From Nitrospirales bacterium (GTDB taxonomy: Bacteria; Nitrospirota; Nitrospiria; Nitrospirales; UBA8639): a stretch of 64,000 nt of DNA. The notes below the pieces were generated by a model that was given only the letters and a program-made list of their open reading frames with translations, was not told where the DNA came from and ran no database searches. This document shows positions 40,930-50,659 of this stretch, in pieces. The stretch spans positions 1,479,765 to 1,543,764 of the forward strand of contig OZ242269.1 of NCBI GenBank assembly GCA_965207175.1. Direction: 5' to 3'. How positions within the stretch are numbered: the first letter of the stretch is position 1; each line of letters starts with the position of its first letter. Made by a program: the position numbers and the translations under genes.

Positions 40930-41193
40930 ATCTGTTCATAAACTGATACATTCACGGCAATATAATGATCTAGAACGATTTATCGAGTGACGATCAGATT
41001 CATTACTCACATCTATACACAGTTATTCACATCACTATTAGATTATTATCTCCAGACTTCCACACAAGCTTGCTTTTGATTTTTCCAAACAAAATTACGG
41101 CGATAGAAAGAATTCATCTTATTCACAACCACTATGTACTATGAATACGACTCCTGATTTTCTTTAGAAAGTGAAACAGGAATACTAAGGACA
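40922..41193. other. oriC: oriC candidate: AT-rich spacer with DnaA boxes upstream of dnaA
   Basis: A perfect DnaA box TTATCCACA lies at 40922-40930, overlapping the dnaA GTG start. One-mismatch boxes TTATTCACA lie at 41023-41031 and 41119-41127, all in the same orientation. This is the only markedly AT-rich ~260-bp stretch in the region (e.g. TTGCTTTTGATTTTTCCAAACAAAATTA). Gene orientation switches here: gyrA..dnaA on the minus strand to the left, rpmH..atp on the plus strand to the right. Confidence 0.7.
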
Positions 41194-41457
41194 TTAAGAA
41201 CAGGACACAATCGTATCAGAGTCGAAAATCATTTGAAGCAAGTCATGATAATGAATAGAAGAAGACTGCCCCTTGTGTTCAGCGTGATCTCCGGTATCAA
41301 GCACATAGCAGGGAAAAGGAAACTGCTGGTCGGTTAATGGCTTACCCTGTGTGAAAATCCCGCTTGCCGAGTTTTGGGGAAACGTCTGTGTCCTGATCAG
41401 TTCATACACCGGCGGCGACCCCGTTGACGACAAAAGAAAAAGAATTCTGCCTGACAT
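41194..41457 (-). CDS. DsrH/TusB-like small protein
   Basis: 87 aa. ILFLLSS... then CYVLDTGDHAEHKG....IHYHDLLQMIFDSDTIVS follows the DsrH/TusB pattern (..yvL.eD...RG....v..i.y.dfv.l....d.v.s). TAATG overlap with the upstream gene. Confidence 0.55.
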   Translation of the reverse strand: MSGRILFLLSSTGSPPVYELIRTQTFPQNSASGIFTQGKPLTDQQFPFPCYVLDTGDHAEHKGQSSSIHYHDLLQMIFDSDTIVSCS

Positions 41458-41801
41458 TAGAATACCAGTGAGCGATTGGCCCGGAATAACAGAACGGCGA
41501 TGTCCGATGTGGATATTTCGCGAATGGCAAATTCTCTGTTCAGAGAAAAATCATCCGCGCTGCCTTCCGGAACCGCAAGATCAAGACGCAGTTCCTGAAC
41601 AGCCGGAAGATGTCTTTCTAAAATATCCGCGTCAATCACGTCACCCGCTTCTTCGGTCAACAGCAGTCTCGCGCGGCCAAGAAGCACGATCGTCAACGCC
41701 GCAGTCCCGGTTGACAGACCCAGTGCGATACGCAGTCCTTCAACCGGCCGATGGGTTTTCATGGGGTCGCTCTGAATGCAGACAAGAAGCATCATGGTCA
41801 T
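41457..41801 (-). CDS. DsrE/DsrF (TusC-like) family protein
   Basis: 114 aa. PVEGLRIALGLSTGTAALTIVLLGRARLLL...RANRSLVF resembles the TusC/DsrF layout (reGLdalL......v.vff..dGv..L...ydvilrF). The catalytic Cys of the DsrE/TusD type was not seen. Confidence 0.5.
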   Translation of the reverse strand: MTMMLLVCIQSDPMKTHRPVEGLRIALGLSTGTAALTIVLLGRARLLLTEEAGDVIDADILERHLPAVQELRLDLAVPEGSADDFSLNREFAIREISTSDIAVLLFRANRSLVF

Positions 41802-41955
41802 ACCATCACATGCAGGCGAACTGTCCTGTTTTTGTCCAGTTGAGGAACGGTCATGAAGAGAATCTTACTTTTTGCGAGGCACAAATATGGAGAGAAAATC
41901 ATCACAATCAAGGACATAATCAGGGTGTTGATTTGTCTCGCACGAAAAGCAAAAA

Positions 41956-41984
41956 ATCGTAGTCTTCGCAACAAAAAAAGTCAA
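41956..41984 (-). promoter_or_regulatory. Candidate sigma70-type promoter for the DsrF/DsrH-like pair
   Basis: The minus strand reads TTGACT-N17-TACGAT (comp. 41984-41979 and 41961-41956), in the hisS/dsrF-like spacer. Confidence 0.3.
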
Positions 41985-42007
41985 TAAACGTTTCTACGTG
42001 TTTTGAG

Positions 42008-43258
42008 TCACCGAAGTCGGCTTATGATGATGGAAGATGCCTCGCCAAGGGGGAGGACCTCCTGCTCTTTCGTCGTCATATTTCTCAAGATCATCTGATT
42101 GCCAGCCACCTCATCATCACCCAGTATGGCGACGTATGGCGCTCCCAGACGGTCGGCGGAACGCAGGAGAGTCTTTAATGTGGAGGCCTGGTAATCCGTA
42201 TCCGCTTTCACGTGTTTGGCGCGAAGGGAATCCAGCAGGGCCATGCCGGCAGTCTTCCCCCTCTCCCCAAACGACGCAATAAAAATCCAGGGATCCGGGG
42301 ACGGAAGAACGGAGTCAGGAAGAGCCAGAATCACCCGTTCCAGGCCAATGGCAAAGCCGATCCCCGGCGTTGCGGGGCCGCCCAGCGTTTGAAACAAACC
42401 ATCATACCGCCCTCCGGCGCCGATCGCGTTTTGCGCCCCAAGCGCGGAACACGAAACCTCGAACGTCGTCAGGGCATAGTAGTCCAATCCACGCACCAGA
42501 GCGGGATTGATGGTGTACGGAACGCCCAATGTCTGTAACCCATGCAGCACATGATCAAAGTGCTGCCGGGCGGTCTGGGAAAGAAAGTCCGTGAGGGAAG
42601 GCGCCTCGTTCATGGTTTCCCGACATTGAGAGACTTTGCAATCCAGAATCCGAAGCGGATTGACACCCATCCGCCGCTGACAATTTTCGCACAGCCGGGG
42701 CTCCTTTCCCTTCAGAAAGGACAGCAGGGTCTTTGCGTACTCCTTGCGATCCGGAGGATCCCCCAGGGAATTGATCTGCAGCGTCAGACCGGGCAGGCGC
42801 AATGCGGAAAAATATCGCCAGATTAATGTGATGACCTCGGTATCAACATCGGGATGCGCGCTGCCGATGGATTCGACGCCGAACTGATGAAACTGCCGGA
42901 ACCGTCCGGCCTGGGGCCGTTCGTGTCGAAACATCGGGCCGATGTAATAGAGTTTTCTGGAGGAAGGGTGGGTCATCAACCCCTGTTCAATACATGCGCG
43001 CACGACCCCGGCGGTGCCTTCAGGACGAAGCGTCAACGAGGTCCCATCCCTGTCGGAGAACGTATACATTTCCTTTTCGACAAGATCGGTCGCGTCACCA
43101 AGACTGCGAATGTAGATCTCGGTTTTTTCCAAAACAGGAATCCGAATTTCACGAAACCCAAAGGCGTGAGCCAGATCATGAGCGGTTCGCTCAACCACCG
43201 TCCACCCGGGAATCTGATCCGGTGTAATGTCCTTGATGCCTTTAATGCCCCGAATCAC
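42008..43258 (-). CDS. hisS: Histidine--tRNA ligase
   Basis: 416 aa with GIKDITPDQ, EKEMYTFSDRDG..LTLRPEGTAGVVRA (motif 1/2 region), FRHERPQAGRFRQFHQ and GGGRYDGL. Confidence 0.93.
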   Translation of the reverse strand: MIRGIKGIKDITPDQIPGWTVVERTAHDLAHAFGFREIRIPVLEKTEIYIRSLGDATDLVEKEMYTFSDRDGTSLTLRPEGTAGVVRACIEQGLMTHPSSRKLYYIGPMFRHERPQAGRFRQFHQFGVESIGSAHPDVDTEVITLIWRYFSALRLPGLTLQINSLGDPPDRKEYAKTLLSFLKGKEPRLCENCQRRMGVNPLRILDCKVSQCRETMNEAPSLTDFLSQTARQHFDHVLHGLQTLGVPYTINPALVRGLDYYALTTFEVSCSALGAQNAIGAGGRYDGLFQTLGGPATPGIGFAIGLERVILALPDSVLPSPDPWIFIASFGERGKTAGMALLDSLRAKHVKADTDYQASTLKTLLRSADRLGAPYVAILGDDEVAGNQMILRNMTTKEQEVLPLGEASSIIISRLR

Positions 43259-43464
43259 CGCCTGGCTCCTTTCATGTCCGAAGAGAGGTGCGAAAACACG
43301 ATCACCGTTCGACTATAGAAGTGCCCTCTTCGGAGAGTCAATGACATGATGGGCTGGCGCAGGCCAACGTGCTTGAGGCCGGCCAGGCTCGTCGGGGAAG
43401 GCCGCGTCCCGCCCGCTGAAGGGAACGCCCATCCGCAGGGGAACAGCCCGGGCTGAAAACCGAT

Positions 43465-43493
43465 TTGACAGTTAAGATGCGGGAATTTACAAT
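43465..43493 (+). promoter_or_regulatory. Near-consensus sigma70 promoter upstream of rpmH
   Basis: TTGACA (43465-43470), exactly 17 nt, then TACAAT (43488-43493). It lies ~45 nt upstream of the rpmH start. Confidence 0.6.
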
Positions 43494-43537
43494 TACCTTT
43501 CTCTATCATTGCGGCAACGAGGTATTCCACCATGTCC

Positions 43538-43678
43538 ATGACATACAGACAGCCGTCGAATCTGAAAAGAAAACGAGACCATGGCTTTCGCAAGCGCATG
43601 AGTACCAAAAACGGGAGAAAGGTGCTTGCGCGACGGCGACGAAAAGGCCGGTCTCGCCTCACGGTATCCGATGAGTGA
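43538..43678 (+). CDS. rpmH: 50S ribosomal protein L34
   Basis: Too short for the ORF track. The translation [46 protein letters not shown] matches the L34 consensus. An alternative ATG lies two codons upstream (43532). Confidence 0.9.
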   Translation: MTYRQPSNLKRKRDHGFRKRMSTKNGRKVLARRRRKGRSRLTVSDE

Positions 43679-44051
43679 TGGCCTTCCGCCTTCCGCGCCA
43701 GTCTTCCTGAAAAAAAAAGGTGATTTTGATCGGGTCAAACGGGAAGGCGTGCGCCTCACGACCAGATTTTTCAACGTGATGTCCTGTGCGTCGCGCCCCG
43801 GGAACCCCCGCGTCGGCATCGTGGTTGGACGTCGGTTTGGCAAAGCGGTGGCGAGAAACCGGGGGAAACGGAGATTTCGCGCTCTGGCCAGAACAACCTA
43901 CAGGCGTTTGTTGCAAGGGAACGATATTGTTATTTTCCCCAAACGATCAATGCTGACGCTACCCCACCCCGCCCTCTATGAGATGTGGGTGACGACCCTG
44001 ACCAGTCAGGGGCTTATGGGGACTCCTGATGCTCTCTCATGCGCACCATAG
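43671..44051 (+). CDS. rnpA: Ribonuclease P protein component
   Basis: Met-16 of ORF 43626..44051 overlaps the rpmH stop. [16 protein letters not shown]......[22 protein letters not shown] is the RnpA signature. Confidence 0.88.
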   Translation: MSDGLPPSAPVFLKKKGDFDRVKREGVRLTTRFFNVMSCASRPGNPRVGIVVGRRFGKAVARNRGKRRFRALARTTYRRLLQGNDIVIFPKRSMLTLPHPALYEMWVTTLTSQGLMGTPDALSCAP

Positions 44052-44248
44052 TGTTGTGGCTCATTGCCGGCTATCAGAAAATCATTTCTCCGGTTCTGGG
44101 GCCAAACTGCCGGTTTACACCCACCTGTTCATGCTACACCAGTGAAGCGATAATCCGCCACGGCCTTTTTCGCGGTCTGTTGCTGGGGGGTTGTCGGCTT
44201 GCAAAGTGTCATCCCTTCCATCCGGGTGGCGTGGACCCTGTTCCCTGA
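44039..44248 (+). CDS. yidD: Membrane protein insertion efficiency factor YidD
   Basis: 69 aa. [31 protein letters not shown]...[17 protein letters not shown] is the canonical YidD sequence. Confidence 0.93.
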   Translation: MRTIVLWLIAGYQKIISPVLGPNCRFTPTCSCYTSEAIIRHGLFRGLLLGGCRLAKCHPFHPGGVDPVP

Positions 44249-44293
44249 TCGGACGTCAGAAGAATCGCGTCACCGTGTAGGTCTTTTGTCATT

Positions 44294-46012
44294 ATGGAAA
44301 AACGAATCGTCCTCTTCCTCGTCATTTCATTCGGCATCATTTTTGGCTTCGACATTCTTATGAAAGAGCTGGGGATGGTCCCGGAACCCTCCCTTGAAGA
44401 GGAAGGCATCGTTTCGCCCATGGGGGAGGACTCATTCTCCACCGCCCTGCGCGAGGGGTCGCCCACCTCTGTTTCCCCGGTTTTCCGTGAGGCTCGCGCA
44501 TCAGACAGCCCAACCTTGCGGGAGCACATCGAAGACATTGAGACGCCGTTGTATCGGGTACAGTTCACCACCCGCGGTGCGCAAATTCACAGCTGGCAAC
44601 TGAAACAGTACCTGACCCAGGGCGAGGACAATCCTCAACCCATTGAGTTCGTGTACCCGGAAGGACATTTTGCAGGCCCCCTGTCCGTGCAAGTCGGCGA
44701 CCCGGATGTCACCGCCGCACTGAACACCGGGACGTTTGAAGTGAGTCGGGACTTTGACCGGCTCGACGAGGTCCATCCCATCGGCCATCTGACGTTTTCC
44801 TATCGCGACGAGGCACGCAATCTTTTCCTTGAAAAGACGTTGACCTTTTACTACGACACTTATCTGGTGGATGTGGCCATGCGCGTTCATGGCCTTGACG
44901 ATGCCGTCGAGGTGTTGCTGGGAACAAATTTCGGGGTGGTGGAATGGGGGCAGGGATTTATTGGCGCCATGGGTCCGGCGTGGATGAGTGACACCGTGTT
45001 GGAAAAGGAAATCCCGGACCCCGAGATTCGACGTTCCGGCGACATTGGCTGGGCGGCCCTGCAGGATAAATATTTTATCAGCGTCTTGATTCCTCAAGAC
45101 GCCCGTGGGGTGGTGGCAAGGACCGAAGCCGACTACGTGGCGACGGTAGGCGTGGAGTTCCCCGTTGACGCGCAGGGCAGCGAGCTCCGGTTTCAGCTCT
45201 ATGCAGGCCCGAAGCAGTTTGACGCGATGCAATCGCTGGGCCACGACCTGGAAGATACGATTGATTTTGGATGGTTTATTTACGGGAGCTGGTCCCTTGT
45301 CAGAGCGGTGGCCAAGCCGCTGTTTTATGTGCTTCGGTTTCTGTATGACTACACCCAGAACTACGGCGTGGCGATTATTCTCCTCACGTGCGGCATCAAG
45401 CTGTTGTTTGTGCCCCTGCAGTACAAGAGTTACAAATCCATGCAGGGGATGCAAAAAATCCAACCCAAAATCCAGGCCGTGCAAGCCAGGCTGAAAGGCG
45501 ACCGCGAACGACTGAATCGCGAGCTGATCAAGCTGTACAAAGAACACAAAGTCAATCCCGTCGGGGGGTGTTTGCCGATGGTGTTGCAGATGCCCGTCTT
45601 TATCTCGCTGTTTAACATTTTATACATGACCGTGGAGCTTCGTCAGGCGCCGTTTCTCCTGTGGGTGACGGATTTGTCGGTCCCTGACCCGTATTATGTC
45701 CTGCCGGTTTTGATGGGCGTGTCCATGGTGGTGCAGCAAAAAATCATGCCCACGACCATGGATCCCACTCAAGCCAAAATGATGATGCTGTTGCCCGTGT
45801 TTCTGACGTTTCTCTTTCTGACCTTTCCGTCCGGGCTGGTGATGTACTGGCTGACCAATAACGTCCTGACGATTCTTCAACAGGTGGTGACGGATCAATT
45901 CTTTCTCAAAAGACAGACACCCACCCCACCGGCACCGGATGGCGATAACGCCTTGACGAAATCCGACCGTGAAGATGCCGGCCCTTCTAAAAAGAAGAAA
46001 AAAGGGAAGTGA
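44294..46012 (+). CDS. yidC: Membrane protein insertase YidC
   Basis: 572 aa with an N-terminal TM, a large periplasmic domain and a conserved C-terminal 5-TM core (GVAIILLTCGIKLLFVPL, GCLPMVLQMPVFISLF, YWLTNNVLTILQQ). The tail is basic. Confidence 0.93.
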   Translation: MEKRIVLFLVISFGIIFGFDILMKELGMVPEPSLEEEGIVSPMGEDSFSTALREGSPTSVSPVFREARASDSPTLREHIEDIETPLYRVQFTTRGAQIHSWQLKQYLTQGEDNPQPIEFVYPEGHFAGPLSVQVGDPDVTAALNTGTFEVSRDFDRLDEVHPIGHLTFSYRDEARNLFLEKTLTFYYDTYLVDVAMRVHGLDDAVEVLLGTNFGVVEWGQGFIGAMGPAWMSDTVLEKEIPDPEIRRSGDIGWAALQDKYFISVLIPQDARGVVARTEADYVATVGVEFPVDAQGSELRFQLYAGPKQFDAMQSLGHDLEDTIDFGWFIYGSWSLVRAVAKPLFYVLRFLYDYTQNYGVAIILLTCGIKLLFVPLQYKSYKSMQGMQKIQPKIQAVQARLKGDRERLNRELIKLYKEHKVNPVGGCLPMVLQMPVFISLFNILYMTVELRQAPFLLWVTDLSVPDPYYVLPVLMGVSMVVQQKIMPTTMDPTQAKMMMLLPVFLTFLFLTFPSGLVMYWLTNNVLTILQQVVTDQFFLKRQTPTPPAPDGDNALTKSDREDAGPSKKKKKGK

Positions 46013-47439
46013 ACCACAGCCAGGTTGACGATACGATTTGCGCGATCGCCACGCCCGTGGGGGAGGGGGGCATCGGCATCATTCGAGTCAGCGGCTCACA
46101 GGCCCTTGACGTGGCCGCGCATGTCGTTCGCCCCCGCAACCGTGTCGCCCTTCACCAACTGGACAGTCACCGCCTGTATGTGAGCGACGTGGTGAGCGCA
46201 CAGGAATCGGTCGGCCCCGACGGGCCGCCGGGAACGCCGTCTGTGATTGACGAAGCGCTGGTGGTGGTGATGCGCAAACCCCGTTCCTATACGGGTGAAC
46301 ACGTCGTGGAAATTCAGACCCACAGCGGCGCCAGGATTTTGCAGACCGCCTGCCGGAGCCTGGTGCATCATGGCGCCAGGCTGGCACAGCCCGGGGAGTT
46401 TACCAAGCGGGCGTTTTTGAACGGACGGCTGGACCTCGCGCAGGCGGAGGCGGTGCTGGATACGATTCACGCGACTACCGCCCGTGGTTTGCAGGCGGCT
46501 CACGCGTTATTGCGCGGGGCCCTTTCACGGGACATTGGCGCGTTCCGGGAACGATTGCTTCGTGTGCTGGCGCATCTTGAAGCCGGCATGGATTTTGTTG
46601 AAGACGAGATTGTCTTCATTCACACGCCGGAAGTGCGGCAGGCTTTGGAAGAAACGCAACAGGCGCTGGAGCGGTTGGTTGCCTCCTACGACGAAGGCCG
46701 CATTGTCCGGGACGGCATCACGGTGGCCATCATTGGCCGCCCCAACGTGGGCAAATCAAGTCTGCTCAACGCCTTGCTGAACATGGAGCGTGTGATTGTG
46801 TCGGAGCAGCCGGGCACAACCCGCGACGTCATTGATGAATCATTGCAGGTCGGGGGCGTCGCGTTACGGATTCTGGATACCGCAGGACTCCGACAGACGC
46901 GGGACAAGATTGAAGCGGAGGGTATTCGTCGAACGGAGGAAGCGATTGCCGATGCCGACGCGCTCTTGCTCGTGATTGACGGGTCCATGGGCGTGACGGA
47001 GGCCGACCATGCGCTGCTGGACACCTATGGCGACCGACGCGTCCTGCTGGTGGTGAACAAAATGGATCTCCCCGAAGCCCAGGCGCGACCCATGCCCACA
47101 AGCCAACGCGACGGCGCGGGTGTCGTGACGGTATCGGCCAGAACCGGAGAAGGACTTGATCGCCTGAAATCTGACATTCACAATTTGTTTGTCACAGACG
47201 CGCCCGCAAAGGAGGCGACGCCATCCGTCATGGTGACGCGGCTTCGACACCGGTCAAGTCTGGATCGCGCGCGCGGCTCTCTTGAAGAGGCCAGACGTTC
47301 CCTTCAACGGGGGGAAGCCGGGGAATGTATCGCGCTGGATCTGCGGGCGGCCCTTGACGCGCTGGGTGAGATCACCGGCGCCGTGAGCACAGAGGATATT
47401 CTGGACCGTATCTTTCAGGATTTCTGTATTGGCAAGTGA
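46009..47439 (+). CDS. mnmE: tRNA modification GTPase MnmE (TrmE)
   Basis: DTICAIATPVGEGGIGIIRVSG, G-domain GRPNVGKSSLLNAL, DTAGLR, NKMDL, and the C-terminal FCIGK motif. The GTG start overlaps the yidC stop. Confidence 0.93.
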   Translation: MNHSQVDDTICAIATPVGEGGIGIIRVSGSQALDVAAHVVRPRNRVALHQLDSHRLYVSDVVSAQESVGPDGPPGTPSVIDEALVVVMRKPRSYTGEHVVEIQTHSGARILQTACRSLVHHGARLAQPGEFTKRAFLNGRLDLAQAEAVLDTIHATTARGLQAAHALLRGALSRDIGAFRERLLRVLAHLEAGMDFVEDEIVFIHTPEVRQALEETQQALERLVASYDEGRIVRDGITVAIIGRPNVGKSSLLNALLNMERVIVSEQPGTTRDVIDESLQVGGVALRILDTAGLRQTRDKIEAEGIRRTEEAIADADALLLVIDGSMGVTEADHALLDTYGDRRVLLVVNKMDLPEAQARPMPTSQRDGAGVVTVSARTGEGLDRLKSDIHNLFVTDAPAKEATPSVMVTRLRHRSSLDRARGSLEEARRSLQRGEAGECIALDLRAALDALGEITGAVSTEDILDRIFQDFCIGK

Positions 47440-47468
47440 TAGGCAGGTAACGATGGTACGGAACCTAA

Positions 47469-47716
47469 TCGCTGGGTGAAGAACTGGATTCCCGGGCAAG
47501 GCCCGAGAATGACAGCAAAAGAAACACGTCCGAGAATGATGGCGAAAGAAACACGCGCGGGAATGACGGCGAAAGGCAACGCACACACGTCATGTCCGTC
47601 ATTCTCGCCGAAGGCGGGAATCCATGCTATTGTCCTCGCCGGTTAGGTGGGAATAATGCGGCTCACGTCGCTGGGTGAAGAACTGGATTCCCGGGCAAGG
47701 CCCGAGAATGACGGCG
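47469..47716. repeat. Hairpin-repeat array G (3 units; 199-bp direct duplication)
   Basis: Minus units start at 47484 and 47683, each preceded by TCGCTGGGTGAAGAA. A plus unit GTCATTCTCGCCGAAGGCGGGAATCCATG starts at 47598. GAAAGAAACAC sub-repeats lie in between. Confidence 0.88.
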
Positions 47717-48022
47717 AAAGAAACTTGACGCAATCTTGGAGAAGCTGAGTTGAAATGCAGTATAAATGCAAACGTCAACACGACCATCCGCCGACAAATG
47801 TGACATATTCAAGAGACAATCCACGGGCGAGATTGTTCCATTGCCCTGAAATACCATGCTCTAATAAAGCCAAGTCTGTACCGCGAGTGGAGAATACGAA
47901 TTTTAAGTGGGCGAGGACCGAGGTTGACAAGGCCGAATCCTTACAGTTTAAGCCCTGTGACAAATGCTTCGATCCACAAGACCAGAATCTCATAACTGCA
48001 AAGTAATTAGGTAAATACACAT

Positions 48023-49909
48023 ATGGCACTTCAACGTGACATCATCGTTATCGGCGGCGGCCATGCTGGCTGTGAAGCGGCGCTGGCCGCGGCCAGAATG
48101 GGGTGCCGGGTCCTGTTGCTGACGATTGATCCGAAGACCATCGCGCATATGCCCTGCAACCCGGCGGTTGGGGGTATCGGCAAAGGCCATCTGGTCAAGG
48201 AAATTGACGCCCTGGGCGGCGAAATCGGCTACAACACGGATAAGGCGGGGATTCAGTTTCGGATACTGAATACGAGAAAAGGGCCGGCGGTGAGGGCCAC
48301 GCGCGTCCAGTGCGATAAATCCCTGTATCGAAAGGCCATGCACGACACCCTCGCCCACCAGCCGAACCTGGAAATTGTGGCGGGGACCGCCAACAGCATT
48401 CTGACCAGGGGCGGCACCATTCAGGGGATTGTCACGGATACCGGGGAGACCATCCACGCTCAAGCGGTCATTATCACGTCCGGCACGTTTTTGAAGGGGT
48501 TGATGCATATCGGCATGAATCACCTGCCCGGCGGACGGGCCGGAGAGGCCTCTGCTGAATATCTTTCGGATTGCATGAGGGATTTTGGCTTTGAAGTCGG
48601 GCGATTGAAAACGGGCACGCCTCCGCGACTGGATCGCGACACGCTGAATTTTGACGTCATGACGGTGCAGCCCGGCGATGTTCCGCCCCGGCCGTTTTCC
48701 TATCGGACGACCCGCATCACGACCCCGCAGGTGCCCTGTCACCTCACCTATACCACTGAACGCACGCATGACATCATCCGGAAGAATCTGGACCGATCCC
48801 CCATCTACGGCGGAGTGATTGATTCTGTGGGGCCTCGGTACTGCCCGTCCATCGAGGATAAGGTCGTTCGGTTTCAGGATAAACACCAACACCAGATTTT
48901 TGTGGAACCCGAGGAGCTTGATTCCCCCTCGTTTTATCCCAATGGCATCTCCACCAGTTTGCCCGTGGATGTTCAGGTGGCCATGCTGAAGACCATCCCG
49001 GGTTTTGAACGAGCCACCATGCTGAAGCCGGGCTATGCGATTGAATACGACTACTTTCCCCCGTATCAGCTTCATCAAACGTGCGAAACCAAACACGTGA
49101 GGGGGCTGTACCATGCCGGCCAGATCAACGGGACATCCGGGTACGAGGAGGCCGCGGCCCAGGGCATCATGGCAGGCATCAATGCCGCCCTGCGGGTCAA
49201 AGGGGAGCCGCCGCTGATCCTGGACCGCTCCCAGGCCTATATCGGTGTGCTGCTTGATGATCTCATTACCAAAGACGCCAGGGAGCCGTACCGGATGTTT
49301 ACGTCGCGGGCGGAATACCGTTTAATGTTGCGCGAGGATAATGCGGACCAGCGGTTGCTGGAAACGGGGTACCGATTGGGGTTGGTCTCACCCGATCTCT
49401 ACCGTGCCTTTCAAGCCAAACAGGAGACGATTGCAGGGGAAAGGCATCGTTTGTCACAGACCCGGCCACAATGGACCGCGGCCGCGCAGGCACGCTGGAA
49501 CAGGACAGCGCATCCCTTGCCCGACCCGGGCGACACGCTGGCCCAATTGCTCAAGCGCCCGGAATTGACCTACGATCAACTCATGGGCATTGTGGGGGAC
49601 GCGGGCCTGGTCGAGAGCATCGTGGGCGAAGCGGTTGAAATTGCCATCAAATATGAGGGGTATATCAAACGACAGCTTGACCAGATTGAACGATTTCACA
49701 AGCTGGAAAGCAAGGTCATTCCCGCAGACTTCCCGTACGCACACATACCGGGATTTTCCAACGAGGTCATGGAAAAGCTGTCAAAGGTCAAACCCGCCAC
49801 GGTCGGCCAGGCGTCAAGAATTTCCGGCATGACGCCCGCGGCCATTTCGCTGTTGCTGGTGGCGCTGGAACGATTCCGCCCCTCTGCGGTCTCTGCGAAA
49901 GTCGCATAG
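48023..49909 (+). CDS. mnmG: tRNA uridine 5-carboxymethylaminomethyl modification enzyme MnmG (GidA)
   Basis: 628 aa with [19 protein letters not shown] (FAD motif), [11 protein letters not shown] and YAIEYDYF. Confidence 0.95.
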   Translation: MALQRDIIVIGGGHAGCEAALAAARMGCRVLLLTIDPKTIAHMPCNPAVGGIGKGHLVKEIDALGGEIGYNTDKAGIQFRILNTRKGPAVRATRVQCDKSLYRKAMHDTLAHQPNLEIVAGTANSILTRGGTIQGIVTDTGETIHAQAVIITSGTFLKGLMHIGMNHLPGGRAGEASAEYLSDCMRDFGFEVGRLKTGTPPRLDRDTLNFDVMTVQPGDVPPRPFSYRTTRITTPQVPCHLTYTTERTHDIIRKNLDRSPIYGGVIDSVGPRYCPSIEDKVVRFQDKHQHQIFVEPEELDSPSFYPNGISTSLPVDVQVAMLKTIPGFERATMLKPGYAIEYDYFPPYQLHQTCETKHVRGLYHAGQINGTSGYEEAAAQGIMAGINAALRVKGEPPLILDRSQAYIGVLLDDLITKDAREPYRMFTSRAEYRLMLREDNADQRLLETGYRLGLVSPDLYRAFQAKQETIAGERHRLSQTRPQWTAAAQARWNRTAHPLPDPGDTLAQLLKRPELTYDQLMGIVGDAGLVESIVGEAVEIAIKYEGYIKRQLDQIERFHKLESKVIPADFPYAHIPGFSNEVMEKLSKVKPATVGQASRISGMTPAAISLLLVALERFRPSAVSAKVA

Positions 49910-49965
49910 AGCGTCGCCCAGGTCACCAATGCCGTTCTTCGCGTTTTGCATGGCCCCGTGCCCGA

Positions 49966-49981
49966 TGTTCCACGTGGAACA
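49966..49981. promoter_or_regulatory. parS: parS centromere-like site 1
   Basis: TGTTCCACGTGGAACA is a perfect 16-bp palindrome, one symmetric change away from the widespread parS consensus TGTTNCACGTGAAACA. It lies 5 nt upstream of the rsmG ATG. Confidence 0.8.
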
Positions 49982-49986
49982 ATGAC

Positions 49987-50649
49987 ATGAACACGGAACA
50001 ACTCGCGGCGCTCGTTCGTGAAGGGTGCGGGGCCATTGGCATGGCTCCCGGCCGTGGCACGGTTGATCAATGTGTGGCGTATGTCCGCGAACTGCGTCAA
50101 TGGAATGAGAAAATCAACCTCACGGGTTATCGCACGGACCGGGAGATCGTCGGCAAGCTGTTTGTCGATTCGCTGATCTGGACCGGGGCGGTCGAACAGG
50201 ACATGCCCTGTACGGCTCTCGATATCGGAAGCGGCGCGGGATTCCCAGGGATTCCCATCAGCATAGTCTCCCCTCAACACGAGATGACGCTCCTTGAACC
50301 CAATTTGAAGAAAGTCGCGTTTCTTCATTACCTGATCGGTCTGCTTGGCTTGACGCGCGTGCGTGTCGAATCAAGGAGCGCGGAAGAGTTTTCCAGGCAG
50401 CGGGATGTCCATGGAAAATTTGACTGGGTGCTGATGAAAGCGTTGCGATTGAGTAGCGGTTTGCCTTATGTTAGCCCCTTGTTGGCGGTGTCGGGGAAGT
50501 GCGCGGTGTGGCGGACGCATTCCGTGACCGCCGATCTCAATCCGCGTGAATTCACCGTGGTTCGGGAAATACCGTATGCATTGCCGTTTGGGTTTGGGAC
50601 ACGACTCTTGAGCATTGTGGGACGCCATCCATGCGGGTTCGGCCAATGA
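49987..50649 (+). CDS. rsmG: 16S rRNA (guanine527-N7)-methyltransferase RsmG (GidB)
   Basis: 220 aa with WNEKINLTG, ALDIGSGAGFPGIPI (SAM motif) and LLEPNLKKVAFL. Confidence 0.9.
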   Translation: MNTEQLAALVREGCGAIGMAPGRGTVDQCVAYVRELRQWNEKINLTGYRTDREIVGKLFVDSLIWTGAVEQDMPCTALDIGSGAGFPGIPISIVSPQHEMTLLEPNLKKVAFLHYLIGLLGLTRVRVESRSAEEFSRQRDVHGKFDWVLMKALRLSSGLPYVSPLLAVSGKCAVWRTHSVTADLNPREFTVVREIPYALPFGFGTRLLSIVGRHPCGFGQ

Positions 50650-50659
50650 CGCCCCTGAA

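Noticed and set aside
43259-43464. hisS-rpmH divergent spacer as an alternative oriC.
   Set aside because: It is GC-rich and I found no TTATCCACA-like boxes. It contains only the rpmH promoter.
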